Shown here: positions 1 to 10,970 of the stretch, one piece after another
How positions within the stretch are numbered: the stretch's first letter is position 1
Layout of the letters: every line of letters starts with the position of its first letter
NCBI RefSeq assembly: GCF_009834535.1
Contig: NC_045696.1
Coordinates: 117,430,001-117,494,000 of the forward strand
Source: Camelus ferus
Lineage: Eukaryota
DNA length: 64,000 nt
Reading direction: 5' to 3'
Program-made: the position numbers and the translations under genes
Notes under the pieces: generated by a model
Databases searched by the model: none
The model's input: only the letters and a program-made list of their open reading frames with translations
Told to the model about the DNA's origin: nothing

Positions 1-16
1 TCAGGAGAGGAATGAA

Positions 17-118
17 TTTTGTTTATTTATTTACTTTTTAATGGAGGGACTGGGGATTGAACCCAGGACCTTGTGCATGCTAAGCATGCACTCTACCACT
101 GAGCTCTACCCACCCGCC
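17..118 (-). mobile_element. Vic-1-type camelid tRNA-Ala-derived SINE (short-tail form)
   Basis: Reverse complement reads GGGTAGAGCTCAGTGGTAGAGTGCATGCTTAGCATGCACAAGGTCCTGGGTTCAATCCCCAGTCCCTCCATT followed by an A-rich tail. Pol III A and B boxes are present. Confidence 0.9.
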
Positions 119-139
119 TTGAAGAGTTCTTAAATGTAA

Positions 140-345
140 AACATTGTGCTTTAAATATATTAATCTCACTTCATCGTCACAAAATTCCTATGAGTTATAT
201 CTTACTGTCCCCATTTGGTAAATAAGAAAATTGAGGCAAAATATATTAGGTACCTTGCCCGTGACCACCTAGCCTAGCAAACAGAGATTGGGAGTTGAAC
301 TTGAACAACTTGATTCCAGGGATCATGCTCTTGGCATTACACTGT
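140..345 (-). mobile_element. MIR SINE
   Basis: MIR core-like 'ccccatttggtaaataagaaaattgaggc...ccttgcccgtgaccac...gagttgaacttgaac'. Confidence 0.75.
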
Positions 346-459
346 CTTGCGTATCAGAAAAATAAGCAAAATAAATCTGAGCTCCGAGTCGTCCTAGTAA
401 CAATCTCAGAGTCGTCTTTCTTAACTTTGGGGGCATTGTTGATAAACCAAACTCTAGAC

Positions 460-628
460 AAGTTGTTCTCAAAGACCAGCAGCATCAATAGCATTTGCTT
501 GTTAGCAACGCAAATTCCCAAGCCCACCCAGACCCACTGATTCAGAAGCCTGGGGCGTCGGGCCCAGTAGTGGTGTTTTAATAAGCCCTCCAGGAGGTTC
601 TGTCACAGCTCAGCTTTGAGAATCGCTG
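460..628 (+). mobile_element. MER5A hAT-Charlie MITE with 8-bp TSD
   Basis: Runs 'agttgttctcaaa...gaccagcagcatc...aagccctccagg...tttgagaatcgctg'. Flanked by ctctagac (452-459) and ctctagat (629-636), the typical NTCTAGAN Charlie target. Confidence 0.85.
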
Positions 629-879
629 CTCTAGATTGCCTGCGTGTCAAGGGCTGCTTGGCCAGTAACAGAAAAGGGAGAAATATGCAGCGCAAGCCTG
701 GTATATTTTATCCCGACTTTGGCCCTTCCCCAACTAGATGCCAGCTCCCTGAGTCAGTCATTTAACCCTTAAGAAGCTGAGTAACGGGGCTGCTCAACAT
801 GTGGGCAACTCCTGAAAACTGGCAGGGTGCCACAGAGAAAGATATGCAAATAGGGGCTTTGAGCACGCTTTGATGACAC

Positions 880-1005
880 TTTTAGTATTCCTTGTTGACT
901 TAGCAAGGCCTTTAAGTGGGTTAGGGACTGTCCCCAGCCCTGGGAATTCCCCAGTAAGAGATAAGACCCTTTCTACCTTGGAAAACCCAAGTCTTAGTGA
1001 GGCTG
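880..1005 (-). mobile_element. L2 3'-end fragment
   Basis: Degenerate 'gggactgtccccagccctgggaattcccagtaagagataagaccctttctaccttggaaaacccaagtcttagtgagg'. Confidence 0.45.
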
Positions 1006-1871
1006 ATAGAGTTCCAAAGAGATTATTCACAAAGATCGGGTCCATAGGAGTCCTATCAAACAAGCACAGACATGCATGCAAACTCACATACACACACCCC
1101 TAAAAATGATTCATTTAGAGTAAAAATTCTAACAAACCTTTGACTTCACAGTCCTATTGCTCTTTTTATTTAAACAATAATCATAATTATTATAATATAA
1201 CATAAATAACAAATATGCCCAACTTAATACATTGTCACCTGAAACTCTTGGTTTGAATTATGTGTTACATGGAAAATGATTACTTTTAAATACTTACTAA
1301 AATTCTGGTTAAATTTGGATCAGCTTTATTTGTGTCTTTCTACATTTTCGCATAGCTGTGGTTTTGTGTTTTCCTTCTCCAGTTCTTATGAATAACACAC
1401 TCTCCTGCCTCATTCGTCACTTTTTTTAAATGAAAAAGAAAAAAAAATTTAAAGTAAGTTAAAATGATAAACACTTCCATCTGCAATTGAAAGGTTGGAA
1501 ACGTAACAACATAAATTCTAGGAAATGCAAAGTTTCGCCTACAAGGCACACACATGATTCTCTTGTTACTATTTAAATACTTAAAAGCACAGTATAAGCC
1601 TAAAATAGCTCAAATATTATGACGATGTTTCAGTAACAAATACCACATTAGGGCTCCGCTGAGAAACTTCCCCAAAAGGCCCAGTGTCACTTGCTTTGTT
1701 TTTACTAAGCAAAATCAGAGAGGGCCAAAGTCAAGTCACCCCGGAAATGGAGTGACAGTTCATTGACAAATGTCATCTGTCCTACTTGAGAGAGTAGGGT
1801 TGCTTTGGAGGCTGCCTCTTAAGAGTCAATGTCATAGTATCTGTGAAAAATCACTCGAGAATAGATGCTAA

Positions 1872-2040
1872 CACTGTGCTTCTAAACTTTTAAAGTACAT
1901 AGGAATTGAAGGGGGGTCTTGGGGATATTCAGATCCTAACTCCGTAGATCTGGGGCAGGGCTGAGCTTTTGTATAGCTAGCCAGCTCCCAGGATGTGGTG
2001 ATGCTTCTGTTCCCTGGACCATACTTTGAGCAGCAAAGGT
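1872..2040. mobile_element. MER5-family (MER5B-like) hAT MITE
   Basis: 'tgcttctaaactt...ttcagatcctaactccgtagatctggggcaggg...cagctcccaggatgtggtgatgc...ctggaccatactttgagcagcaa'. Confidence 0.7.
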
Positions 2041-2146
2041 CTACTCCAGCTCTTAACCACAGGACAGACAATCTCTTTCCTAGGACAAACAGGCAATGGG
2101 AAGGACGGCTTCTAAAATTACTCCTAGAGTCTTAGAAGGCAAGGTA

Positions 2147-3108
2147 AACCAGAAAACTACTAGAACTCATCAATGAGTTTGGTAAAGTTAGAGGATATAA
2201 AATTAATACACAGAAATCTGTTGCATTTCCATACACTTATAACAAAATATTAGAAAGAGAAATTAAGGAAACAATTCCATGTACCATTGCATCAAAAAGA
2301 ATAAAATACCTAGGAATAAACCTATCTAAGGAGATAAGAACACTCTTTGACATAAATTGCAGCAATATTTTTCCTAAAGTAAAGGATCTAAAAGCAGCAA
2401 TAAGCAAATGGGACCTAATTAAATTAAAAAGCTTTTGCACAGCAAAGGAAATCATTGACAAAAAGAAAAACTAACCCACCAAATGGGAGAGAGTATTTGC
2501 AAGTGATATGACCGATAAGGGATTAATAGCCAACATATATAAACAGCTCACACAAGTCAACATCAAAAATAAATAAATAAACAATTTGACTAAAACATGG
2601 ACAGAACTGAGTAGACATTTTCCCAAAGGGGACGTGCAGTGGCCAACAGACACATGAAAAGATGCTCATCAGGGAAATGCAGACCAAAACCATAATGAGA
2701 TATCACTTCACACCTACAAATGGCCGTCATTAAAAAGAACACAAAAACAGATTGTGGCTAAGATGTGGAGAAAAGGGAATCTTACTACACTCTTGGTGGG
2801 AATGTAAATTGGTGCAGCCACTGCGGAGGTTTCTCAGAAAATTAAAAGTAGAGCTACCATGTGACTCAACATTTCCACTCCCGGGTATATACCTGAAATA
2901 AACAAAAACCCAAATTTGAAAAGATACATGCACCCCAATGTTCATAGCCAGCATTATTTACAATTGCCAGGATATGGAAGCAACCTAAGTGTCCATCAAC
3001 AGATGAATGGATAAAGAAGTTGTGGTATATATACACAATAGAATGCTATGCAGTATATTTCATTTATTTAAATTTTATTTGTCAATTATACTTCAATAAA
3101 ACTAGAAA
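2147..3108 (+). mobile_element. L1 fragment (ORF2 to 3' end) with multiple internal deletions
   Basis: ORF2 segments 'actagaactcatcaatgagtttggtaaag...', 'aaaagcttttgcacagcaaaggaa' and 'gaagcaacctaagtgtccatcaacagatgaatgg'. Ends in 'tcaattatacttcaataaa'. Confidence 0.9.
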
Positions 3109-4964
3109 GATACCATTCAAGGAGGAGCCATGATTCCCAGAGCTGGTAAGAACTTGGCCCCACCCCTCCCTTCCCCCTTCCCCTCTCCTCTATGTCCCTT
3201 GATAACCCTGTGTCCCCCATTTTAGTCTGTCCAGATTTTGCTGGAGGGGATGACATCTCTGACAAGGAAAAGATGACAATGTACGTGACAGCAAGAAAAA
3301 TGTGGATGAGCCAAAGCAGTGGATTTTGATGGTCCCACCTGGGCCACTGGCATGATATTTTTCTCTTCTCATTTCTCATGAGGCAAATTTTCTAGAAGAG
3401 AAGCCTATAACCTAAAGAATCCCTTCATCTTGGTCCTCCATGATAAATCCTAGGTTTGTCAACTAATAAATTTACCCTTGAGGTCTCGACCCTGGAGGAT
3501 TTAAATTACTTCTACAGACAAGAAAAAAGTTCCCACTATGTGCTATATTCTCTAGTACCTGGGATGATGTTGTAAAATCCAAAACAGCTTGAGTAACAGA
3601 ACTCTGTGAAGTCAGGGAGTTGCTTTTCCAAGAAGCTTAGGACAAAATATAAACAAAGCTGGGGTATTTTTTTTTTTTTTTTTTTAGTGTTTTCAGGAGT
3701 TTGGGAAGGTATCGAGATGAATGGAACCAAAAGCCAGATTTCTTGATCTGTCGGCCATGTGAACTTCTCCTTGATTTAGGAGGATATAATTCAGTCCCCA
3801 TTAATAAGATACCATGTAAGACACCTGCTACTGGCTCCTGATTATTCTTAAGATGGCATCATTGTCTATCAGAAGGGTCTACTTACTCTGGGGACTATGA
3901 TATCAGGGCATTAATACCTCCCAGTCCCATGGCCAACTTTGCCAACACAGCTACTCACCTGGAAGATGACACCAGGGGAAAAGGCCCCCCAGAAAGTGTT
4001 CTCTGTGTAGAAGGCAGCACATGGGTTTAATTAGAATTAACTCAGAGAAAAAAATCGCATTTCCCCTGCCAATAAGAATCATTAAGTGGACCAAGTTATA
4101 TTAGACTCCTCTGTGTCACTTTTATAAGTAGGAGATTGTACGGTGAAAGTGAAAATAGGGAGAGATTTATGAAGGAATATGATCTCACAGAAGGCTTCCA
4201 AAGATTTGATGGGAAAGATTCTGTTCAGGTTGGTGAAGAGCACTTATTAGTGTGCGTTGGAGGGTGGAGCTTTTCAGAGACTGAATTTATGCAAAAGAGT
4301 ACGAAGTTTCTTTTCAGAGAACTGAGAGAACCCTATCCTTACCCCCCACGTAGATTTCTATTCAAGCCCAAGCTTGGTAGAAAGTGCTAATCTGGGGATC
4401 CAGACTTACCTATAGGCTGCATGATTGTAGGGTGTGTAGCAAGTAATTTGCTATTAATGCCACTTAAGTTATGGAAGTGTGAGGTTGGTTGGTTTTGTAA
4501 ATACATAAATATTAGAGCAGATTCAAAGTCATTGTAAAAATTAAGTCTAGGTACAATCACGTCTAAGGCTTGGGATTAAAGACAGCTTAGGACATAACCA
4601 CGGGAGTGAACCACTCTCGCTGGACCACTCACTCTGTGCATCACATCAGGAAAAGGTTAGAAATGTTTGGCTTCATTCTAACAGATGCTGTGTACTCTCT
4701 TCCAGGTCCTCATCCTTAATTTGTCCTTAAGATAAACTGACTCTCTTCCTATTATAGAGTTATGTCCAGGCACACCTTCAACAATCCTACACGTGTCACT
4801 ATAGCAAAACCCAGACCAATAATTGGTACCAATAAGGACTGAGTGTGACACATAGAAAAAATTAATGACTGTCACCTGTGGTGGATAAACACCCCAAATT
4901 GCAAAAGTTCACTCCTCATTCACACAAAAGCCCGAAACTGAAATTTAACTAAACTTCCACTGCT

Positions 4965-5200
4965 AATTCAGAGTTCTAGGTTCCTTCCACTGGGGACCCC
5001 ACTGTCCTCAAAACAGGGTCTCACAGCAAGGGAAAAAGAAAGCAAAAAGGCACACTCATCCTTAACCACATCAACCAGAAGTGACCCTGTCATTTCCATT
5101 TCTATCCATTCATGAGAACCAGTCACATGGCCACCTCTAAATGCAAGGTCACCTGGGAAATACAAATTCTGTCCAGGAAGCCAACAGAAACTCCACTATA
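4965..5200 (-). mobile_element. MaLR LTR (MLT1 family) fragment
   Basis: 'ccattcatgagaaccagtcacatggccacctctaaatgcaaggtcacctgggaaat' is the reverse complement of the MLT1 5' region. Confidence 0.6.
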
Positions 5201-5239
5201 CTGTGGATGGAGAACACACGTACTCACGAGCCCCTCTCT

Positions 5240-5735
5240 GTCTCTGCCATAGCAGAACAGAGGTCCCTGAATCCTAAAGAAGGTAAGGAAGCCAGACATT
5301 TCTTGTCTCAGCTTTCCTGAAAATTGCAGGACCACAGTGACATTTAAATCAATCAGAGAGACCCCAGAAGGATGCTGAATCAGGAACTAGCAGATCACAG
5401 AAGGAGGGGCAGGGGAGAATTATTTCTGGCCACAGAGGCAGCAACATCTATAGTGCCAATGGCAGCAGCCAGGGTCCACCACTGACAATGTCAGAGGTAG
5501 AAGCTTAGGCAGCCCTTCTTCAGTTGTGCTTTTGTAACACTGGGTCACGGGAATTACCTGGGCTGTGCTCCTGACTGCAGGGATGCCCTTAGTATCTGCA
5601 TGTCTGAAAAGCTTAGCTCTCTAATGTTCTCAGTAATTCTATGTGCTATCCAGTTTTTCACCAGGAAATTCCTTTCCTGCATGCATCAGTAAGAGTCAGT
5701 TTCTGTTGCTTGCAGCTCAGATTCCTGGGTGATGT
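5240..5735 (+). mobile_element. Old MaLR LTR (MLT1 family)
   Basis: The 3' end 'aaattcctttcctgcatgcatcagtaagagtcagtttctgttgcttgcagctcagattcctgggtgat' resembles an MLT1 terminus. The 5' boundary is uncertain. Confidence 0.5.
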
Positions 5736-6289
5736 AATAGTAAATGATGCTCTTCTGGGTGGAACAGCGTGGGAGAGGGAACATGAAAATAATGATACTG
5801 GTTTTATTATTTCCCTCTTAAGATGGCAGCAAGAGGAAAATCCAATTAAAAGAAGCTCCAAAAACTTTTCAAGAACCCGGCAGTATTGTTGGAGTAAGTG
5901 CCAAGTCTTCCAAGGTGATTATATGGAGGGAGATGGTGTTGCTTGGATAGACATGTAAAAGGGGACACATGGTGATAATTTTTTAAATTGTATGTGCCAC
6001 ATAATGGGAAAGTTTAGCATGCAAAGTGAGGTATATTAGATTAATAATTTAAGAACACTCAGCAAATGTAATCAGTATATGTACATATGACTTTATAGGT
6101 GTTCAGGTTTATATAATATTGCTTTTTCCTATATTATATGCATCACCTTTGCAGATAACTAAGGCTATGTGTCTGCAAAAATATATGTCACTTACAGAAT
6201 GTTCCCTAATGTTTTTCATTTTTCGGTATTGTGCAATAAATAATTAGTCTACTGACAGTGAGATAAAGTGTCATCTCTTCCATGAAAGC

Positions 6290-6481
6290 CTTCTCTCCTT
6301 TCTTTTCTTTGCTTTCTTTCTCTTTCTTTCTTTCTTCTTCTTTCTTCTTTTTTAGCTTCTTTCCTCGGCGTTCTCTTTATCTCTATGCGCGAGGGGGCTC
6401 GTGCTCGCTCGCATCTGTCTCGCGCTCTGTCTTCTCTCGGGAGGTGGAGGTCTCTGGCTGTCGTCTTCTTTCTTTTCTCTT

Positions 6482-6515
<34 letters not shown>

Positions 6516-6661
6516 CTTTCTTTCTTTCTTTCTTTCTTTCTTCTTTCTTTCTTTCTTGTCTTTCCTTTCTTTCTTTCTTTCCTTTCTTTCTTTCTTTCTT
6601 CTTGTCTTTCTTCTTCTCTCTCTCTCCCTTCCTTCTTTTCTTTCTTTAATTTTCTTTTCTT
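6290..6661. repeat. Pyrimidine-rich (CTTT)n/(CT)n simple repeat, interrupted
   Basis: Directly visible polypyrimidine tract. It generates the F/S/L-rich ORFs at 6282-6674. Confidence 0.95.
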
Positions 6662-6696
6662 AAAACATCACTGACATACTGATATTTTTCTGAGAG

Positions 6697-6815
6697 TTAA
6701 TGGTTAGAAAGTTCAAAGTTGCACTTGAAATCCATCTCTCCCCTTACCCAGTATGTGACCTTGGGCAAGTCACTCATCTATTCTGACTTCAGATTTCCCC
6801 TCCAATGAGAAAAAA
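6697..6815 (+). mobile_element. MIR SINE fragment
   Basis: 'cagtatgtgaccttgggcaagtcactcatctattctgacttcagatttccc' is MIR core. Confidence 0.75.
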
Positions 6816-8881
6816 TTAGAGGACAAGCTGACGGGGGAGGATACATAGTTAGTTGTTGGTTATTACCAAGATTTCACTTTGTTTTGTTTGAAGCTTATGC
6901 AAGTACTGCTTACATATTTTAAATAATTAATTAGCCAACTGCATAACTAAATCAAATGGAGCCATACAAAGACCAATTATAAGAATGTATAATGAACTAA
7001 GGATTTTGATTTATCCAGTTCTGTGTCCCTGAGCCCTAACATAACAAACCAATGCAAAATGATGCCAGATAACCAAGTTAAATAGGTGACCTGCCTCCCT
7101 GGGACTCCTGAAGAATCAGTGGCTTAGAAAGTGAATTCACTAAACAGAGTTGCCATGTCTACTATTTATAGTAGATGTATTAAGAATCTGTTTCCTATCC
7201 TGGCTTTAAAGAGATCAGCTGAGCACAAAGATAGTGACTTTAAATTTTCCAGCTCAGTTCAGAAATGCATCCTCCACTATAAAACAAACATTATTTGGAG
7301 GCTTCAATTTACCATCAGGAACAGAAATAGAAGGTATGGTGTTAATTGAAGTATCTGACTTGTCATTTTATGAATATTTTAGTTCCATTATAAATTACTC
7401 ACTTGTTCAGATATGTCAGCTTTCTTCACCCCACCCTTCCAAGCCCTAGAACATCTCTAGTCTAGTAAATAATTAAAGGGTTATCAGAAAAAGTCAAAAG
7501 GAATTTGACATCAGAATATCTCATGATGGATAGCATTGGAGTTAGCCGCAGATAACGTATCTCTTAATTAACTGGTGCCAAAGGGATTCCCTGCCAGGGC
7601 CTGGCAGTGAAGACTCAGTCTCGGTCCCCTCCCTACTGGTGATGCCATGGTGTGGTCAAAGCCACCATCTCATAATTCTCATGTGACAGAAGGGGCCTCA
7701 ACAGAACTCTGTTTGGAAGGTCACATGTGGGCTGTGACTGTGTGGGCTTCTGGCTTCTACCCTCCTGAGTTTTCAAGATGTGGTCCAAAGACCATGCCAC
7801 TCATGAAAAGGTGCAGCTGTCAACCTTGTTAATCCCAATTTGCCACTCCAGCCCTCCCCTCCAGGCCAGCTGAGCTAAAACAAGCAAGCAAAACACTAAA
7901 TAAAGAATCTTCCAGGTGTCAACAAAGGTGGCAAAAAACAAAGGAGGCAAAAAACAAAGGAGAGCAAGAGACTGGAAAAATTCAACCAAATGGGAAAGAA
8001 CCCTAAGAAAAAGCCAGCCAGCGATGGTTGAGAGACCTCAAGCTGGAAACTTTTCTGTTCTCAGTTGTGAACACTCATAAGTTAGTGTTCATAACATAAA
8101 TTTTAAAAATAAAAATAAAAAAGCATTCAAATAAATAAAATAAAAAATACATTATTAATAAATAAATCTCCATTAATTAAAGCAAACTGTTGGAATGGAC
8201 ATGGTGTCAACTCTGATGTACAATTGCTATATACCACATACAGCTTGAATTATTTTACTAAAGATATTTCTTAATAACATGTCCATTGATTTGATTCTGA
8301 TGCAATTGGAAAATAACATAGACAACAGTTGTACATCTATCAAATAAGCCCATGGTTTATCAAATGATTTAATAGTAGCATGTTTTCTGTGCAATATTAT
8401 AAAGAATACAGTGAAAACAATAGTATAGATGAGAATTTTTTAAAATCTGTCAGTAACCAGTATAAAAAGACAAACCACACAGTATTTATTGTCCTGTCTC
8501 ATGGAAACCCCCCTGAGAATACACTGAATTATAGTCAGAACTATTTATTAAACATGTAGCACTTCCTCTATGCAACCAGTCATGCTTTTGAATTAAGTCT
8601 TTTTTTCTCCAGCTCAATAACATACACTCAATAAAAAAAAATCAGAAAATCTTAATCCGTGGACAGGTTGATTTGAGCCAAAATTTGGAGTGTCTTATAC
8701 CCAGCTACTTTCATGTTAAGGTTTCACCTTTTGCTGCAAGAGGAAATAAGTTGTACTTCCTTCAGAATTTATACTGCTATTATTTCTAATGGCAATTTCA
8801 GTTTTCTCTTTAATTTTTTTTCTTTTTTATCTTGTATTTAATGTTCGACTTTTCACTTTTTTTTCCACAAGTCATGTAAGT

Positions 8882-9495
8882 CTTTTTCCAGCTATGTTGA
8901 GATGTTATTGGCCTACAATGTATGTAAGTTTAAGGTGTACAATGTGGTGATTTGATACATATCTATGTTGCAAAATGATTAGCACAATAAGGTTAGTTAA
9001 GACTTCTATCCTCTCACATAATTACCATTTTGTGTGTGTGGTGATAACATTTAAAATCTACTCTCTTAATTTTCAAGTATATAATACAATATAATTAACT
9101 ATAGTCACCACGTGCATATAGTACAATATTGTTAACTATAATCCCCACGTGATGCATTAGATCCCCAGAGCGTATTCACTTTCTAGCTGGGAGTTGTCCC
9201 CTTTGACGAATATCTCCTCCTTTCCCCTACCGTCCACTCCTGGCAACCATCATTCTACTCTGTTTCTGTGAGTTTGGCTTTTTTAGATTCCCCATGGAAG
9301 TGAGAGCATCCAATGTTGGTCTTTCTGTCTGGCTCATTTCACCTAGTATAACGCCCTCAAGTTCCATCCATGTTGTTGCTGAAGGCAGGATTCCTTCACT
9401 GTAATGGCTGAGGAGTATTTCATTGTACGCTTATCCTGCCATTTCTTCATCCACTCATCTGTTGGTGGACACTTACTACTTTCCACTTTCTGGTG
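8882..9495 (-). mobile_element. L1MA-type 3' end
   Basis: 'taagtttaaggtgtacaatgtggtgatttgatac...ttttagattcccatggaagtgagagcat...ttccatccatgttgttg...catccactcatctgttggtggacactt'. Confidence 0.85.
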
Positions 9496-10169
9496 GGATT
9501 CAGTGACAGAAAGAATCGACTGACAAGAAGTTTGAGTAACAAGAGGAATCTGAGTCTGCACCAATACCCCGGGGGAAACAGGTTAACAGCACCTGTATCC
9601 ACCCTGAGTGGACTTAGCCAGGACTGCTCCTTGTCTGTCTATGACGTCCTAGAAGACAAGTTCCATGGAAGCCTTAACATACTGCCGTCTCTGCAGCCAC
9701 ATTCCATCAAACAAGGAGCAAAGAGCGTTAATGCTCTTTTCCCCTGTGCTTGGTCTAATTAGGCAGTGTTTCTCCAAATAATAAATGCTCATAAAAATAA
9801 GAAATAAATTAGATAGGAAGGTTGTTACTGCCCTGTGGCCTAGAAATCGGATGGTTTCACATATGTTTCCAATAGAATCTTTAATTAAGATGCCTTTTCT
9901 ATCAATGTGTCTTAGCAATTACCTGTATTGATGATGGGCCACTATTTTCCTGGCAAGGTAACAGAGAATCTCACAGGGGTGTCTAACCAAGTCACTTCTA
10001 GAATACTCTCTGCCTTTTGAATTTTTTTCTGGGACAAATTTACCTAAAGGATTTGGTGCTTATCAAGTCCTTTCTTAAATAAGAGTGAATTGGAGCATGC
10101 ACTTGATAAATATTTAAGGATAAATTTGGCTGGACTAGAGAGACTTCTATTCCTTAAGAACTCAGTGGG

Positions 10170-10250
10170 GTCATTCATTCACTCACTAATTCATTCATTC
10201 AGCAGATATACATGAGTGGCCTGGTAAACATCAGTCACGGTGCTCTCATG
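10170..10250 (-). mobile_element. L2 3' tail
   Basis: (TTCA)n tail 'tcattcattcactcactaattcattcattcagcagatatacatgagtg'. Confidence 0.6.
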
Positions 10251-10399
10251 TGGTTGGTGATGAGTACGACGGTTTGTCTGCCAATGTTGGACTTTGATGT
10301 TAAAATGGTGAATATGAAACTGCTTGCTTGGGACCCCTGCTGCGACTAAAATATAATGATATTAAAAACGTTTTCAGTGGACACACTAAGCAGTTTAGG

Positions 10400-10970
10400 G
10401 TCTGGCTGAGTCACTATGGCAGGAGAAAAAGGGTCTAGCTGAGGTCTACAAAGCAGGGTTGAGCCTGAAGGACAGGAGATGTTGGTGTCCTTTGGGAGTA
10501 CCCACAGCACCAAGGGTGCCCAAAGACTCAGAAAGAGGGGGACCACTATGCTCTGACTGTACCAAGATGGAGGAGAGAACCCAACGCCTACCAGGGGCAT
10601 CCTTCAGCACTAGAGTCCAGCAGGGATGGAACCAGCCACACCTCAGACATCATCACCCCAGAAAAAGCATAAGATGGCCAAACAAAGCCCTGAGCATCTA
10701 CCATGAGGGATAGCAATTCCCTTTCCTCCACCCAGCTCTTGGAAGGAAAATGGCTTGGAGTCTGAAGACTGGAGAACAGTTTGGAAAAAAAAAATCCTCT
10801 CCATTAGACCAGGTTACTTAAAGACAATGCCCAGATTAAGGATTCATTAAAGGTAACCTCCTAAAATTGATATTTGGTAAGTGGGGGCTCATGAGAAAGC
10901 TCTAATAAGTAATAGGGAAATGTTAAAAACTGAACTTCTTTTGCACACAAGATGAAAGTCAATGTGAGCG
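10400..10970 (+). mobile_element. Possible ancient LTR (Gypsy-like MamGypLTR class)
   Basis: The terminal segment 'gggggctcatgagaaagc...aatagggaaatgttaaaaactgaacttcttttgcacac' is reminiscent of old mammalian Gypsy-type LTR 3' ends. Weak, from recall only. Confidence 0.3.

Noticed and set aside
2325..2350. Spliced-L1 junction explaining the large internal deletion
   Set aside because: An exact GT-AG splice would give 'aaggagaacactct'. The observed 'aaggagataagaacactct' fits a microhomology deletion better.
6282..6674. Hydrophobic F/S/L-rich ORFs resembling membrane proteins
   Set aside because: They are translations of a (CTTT)n microsatellite.
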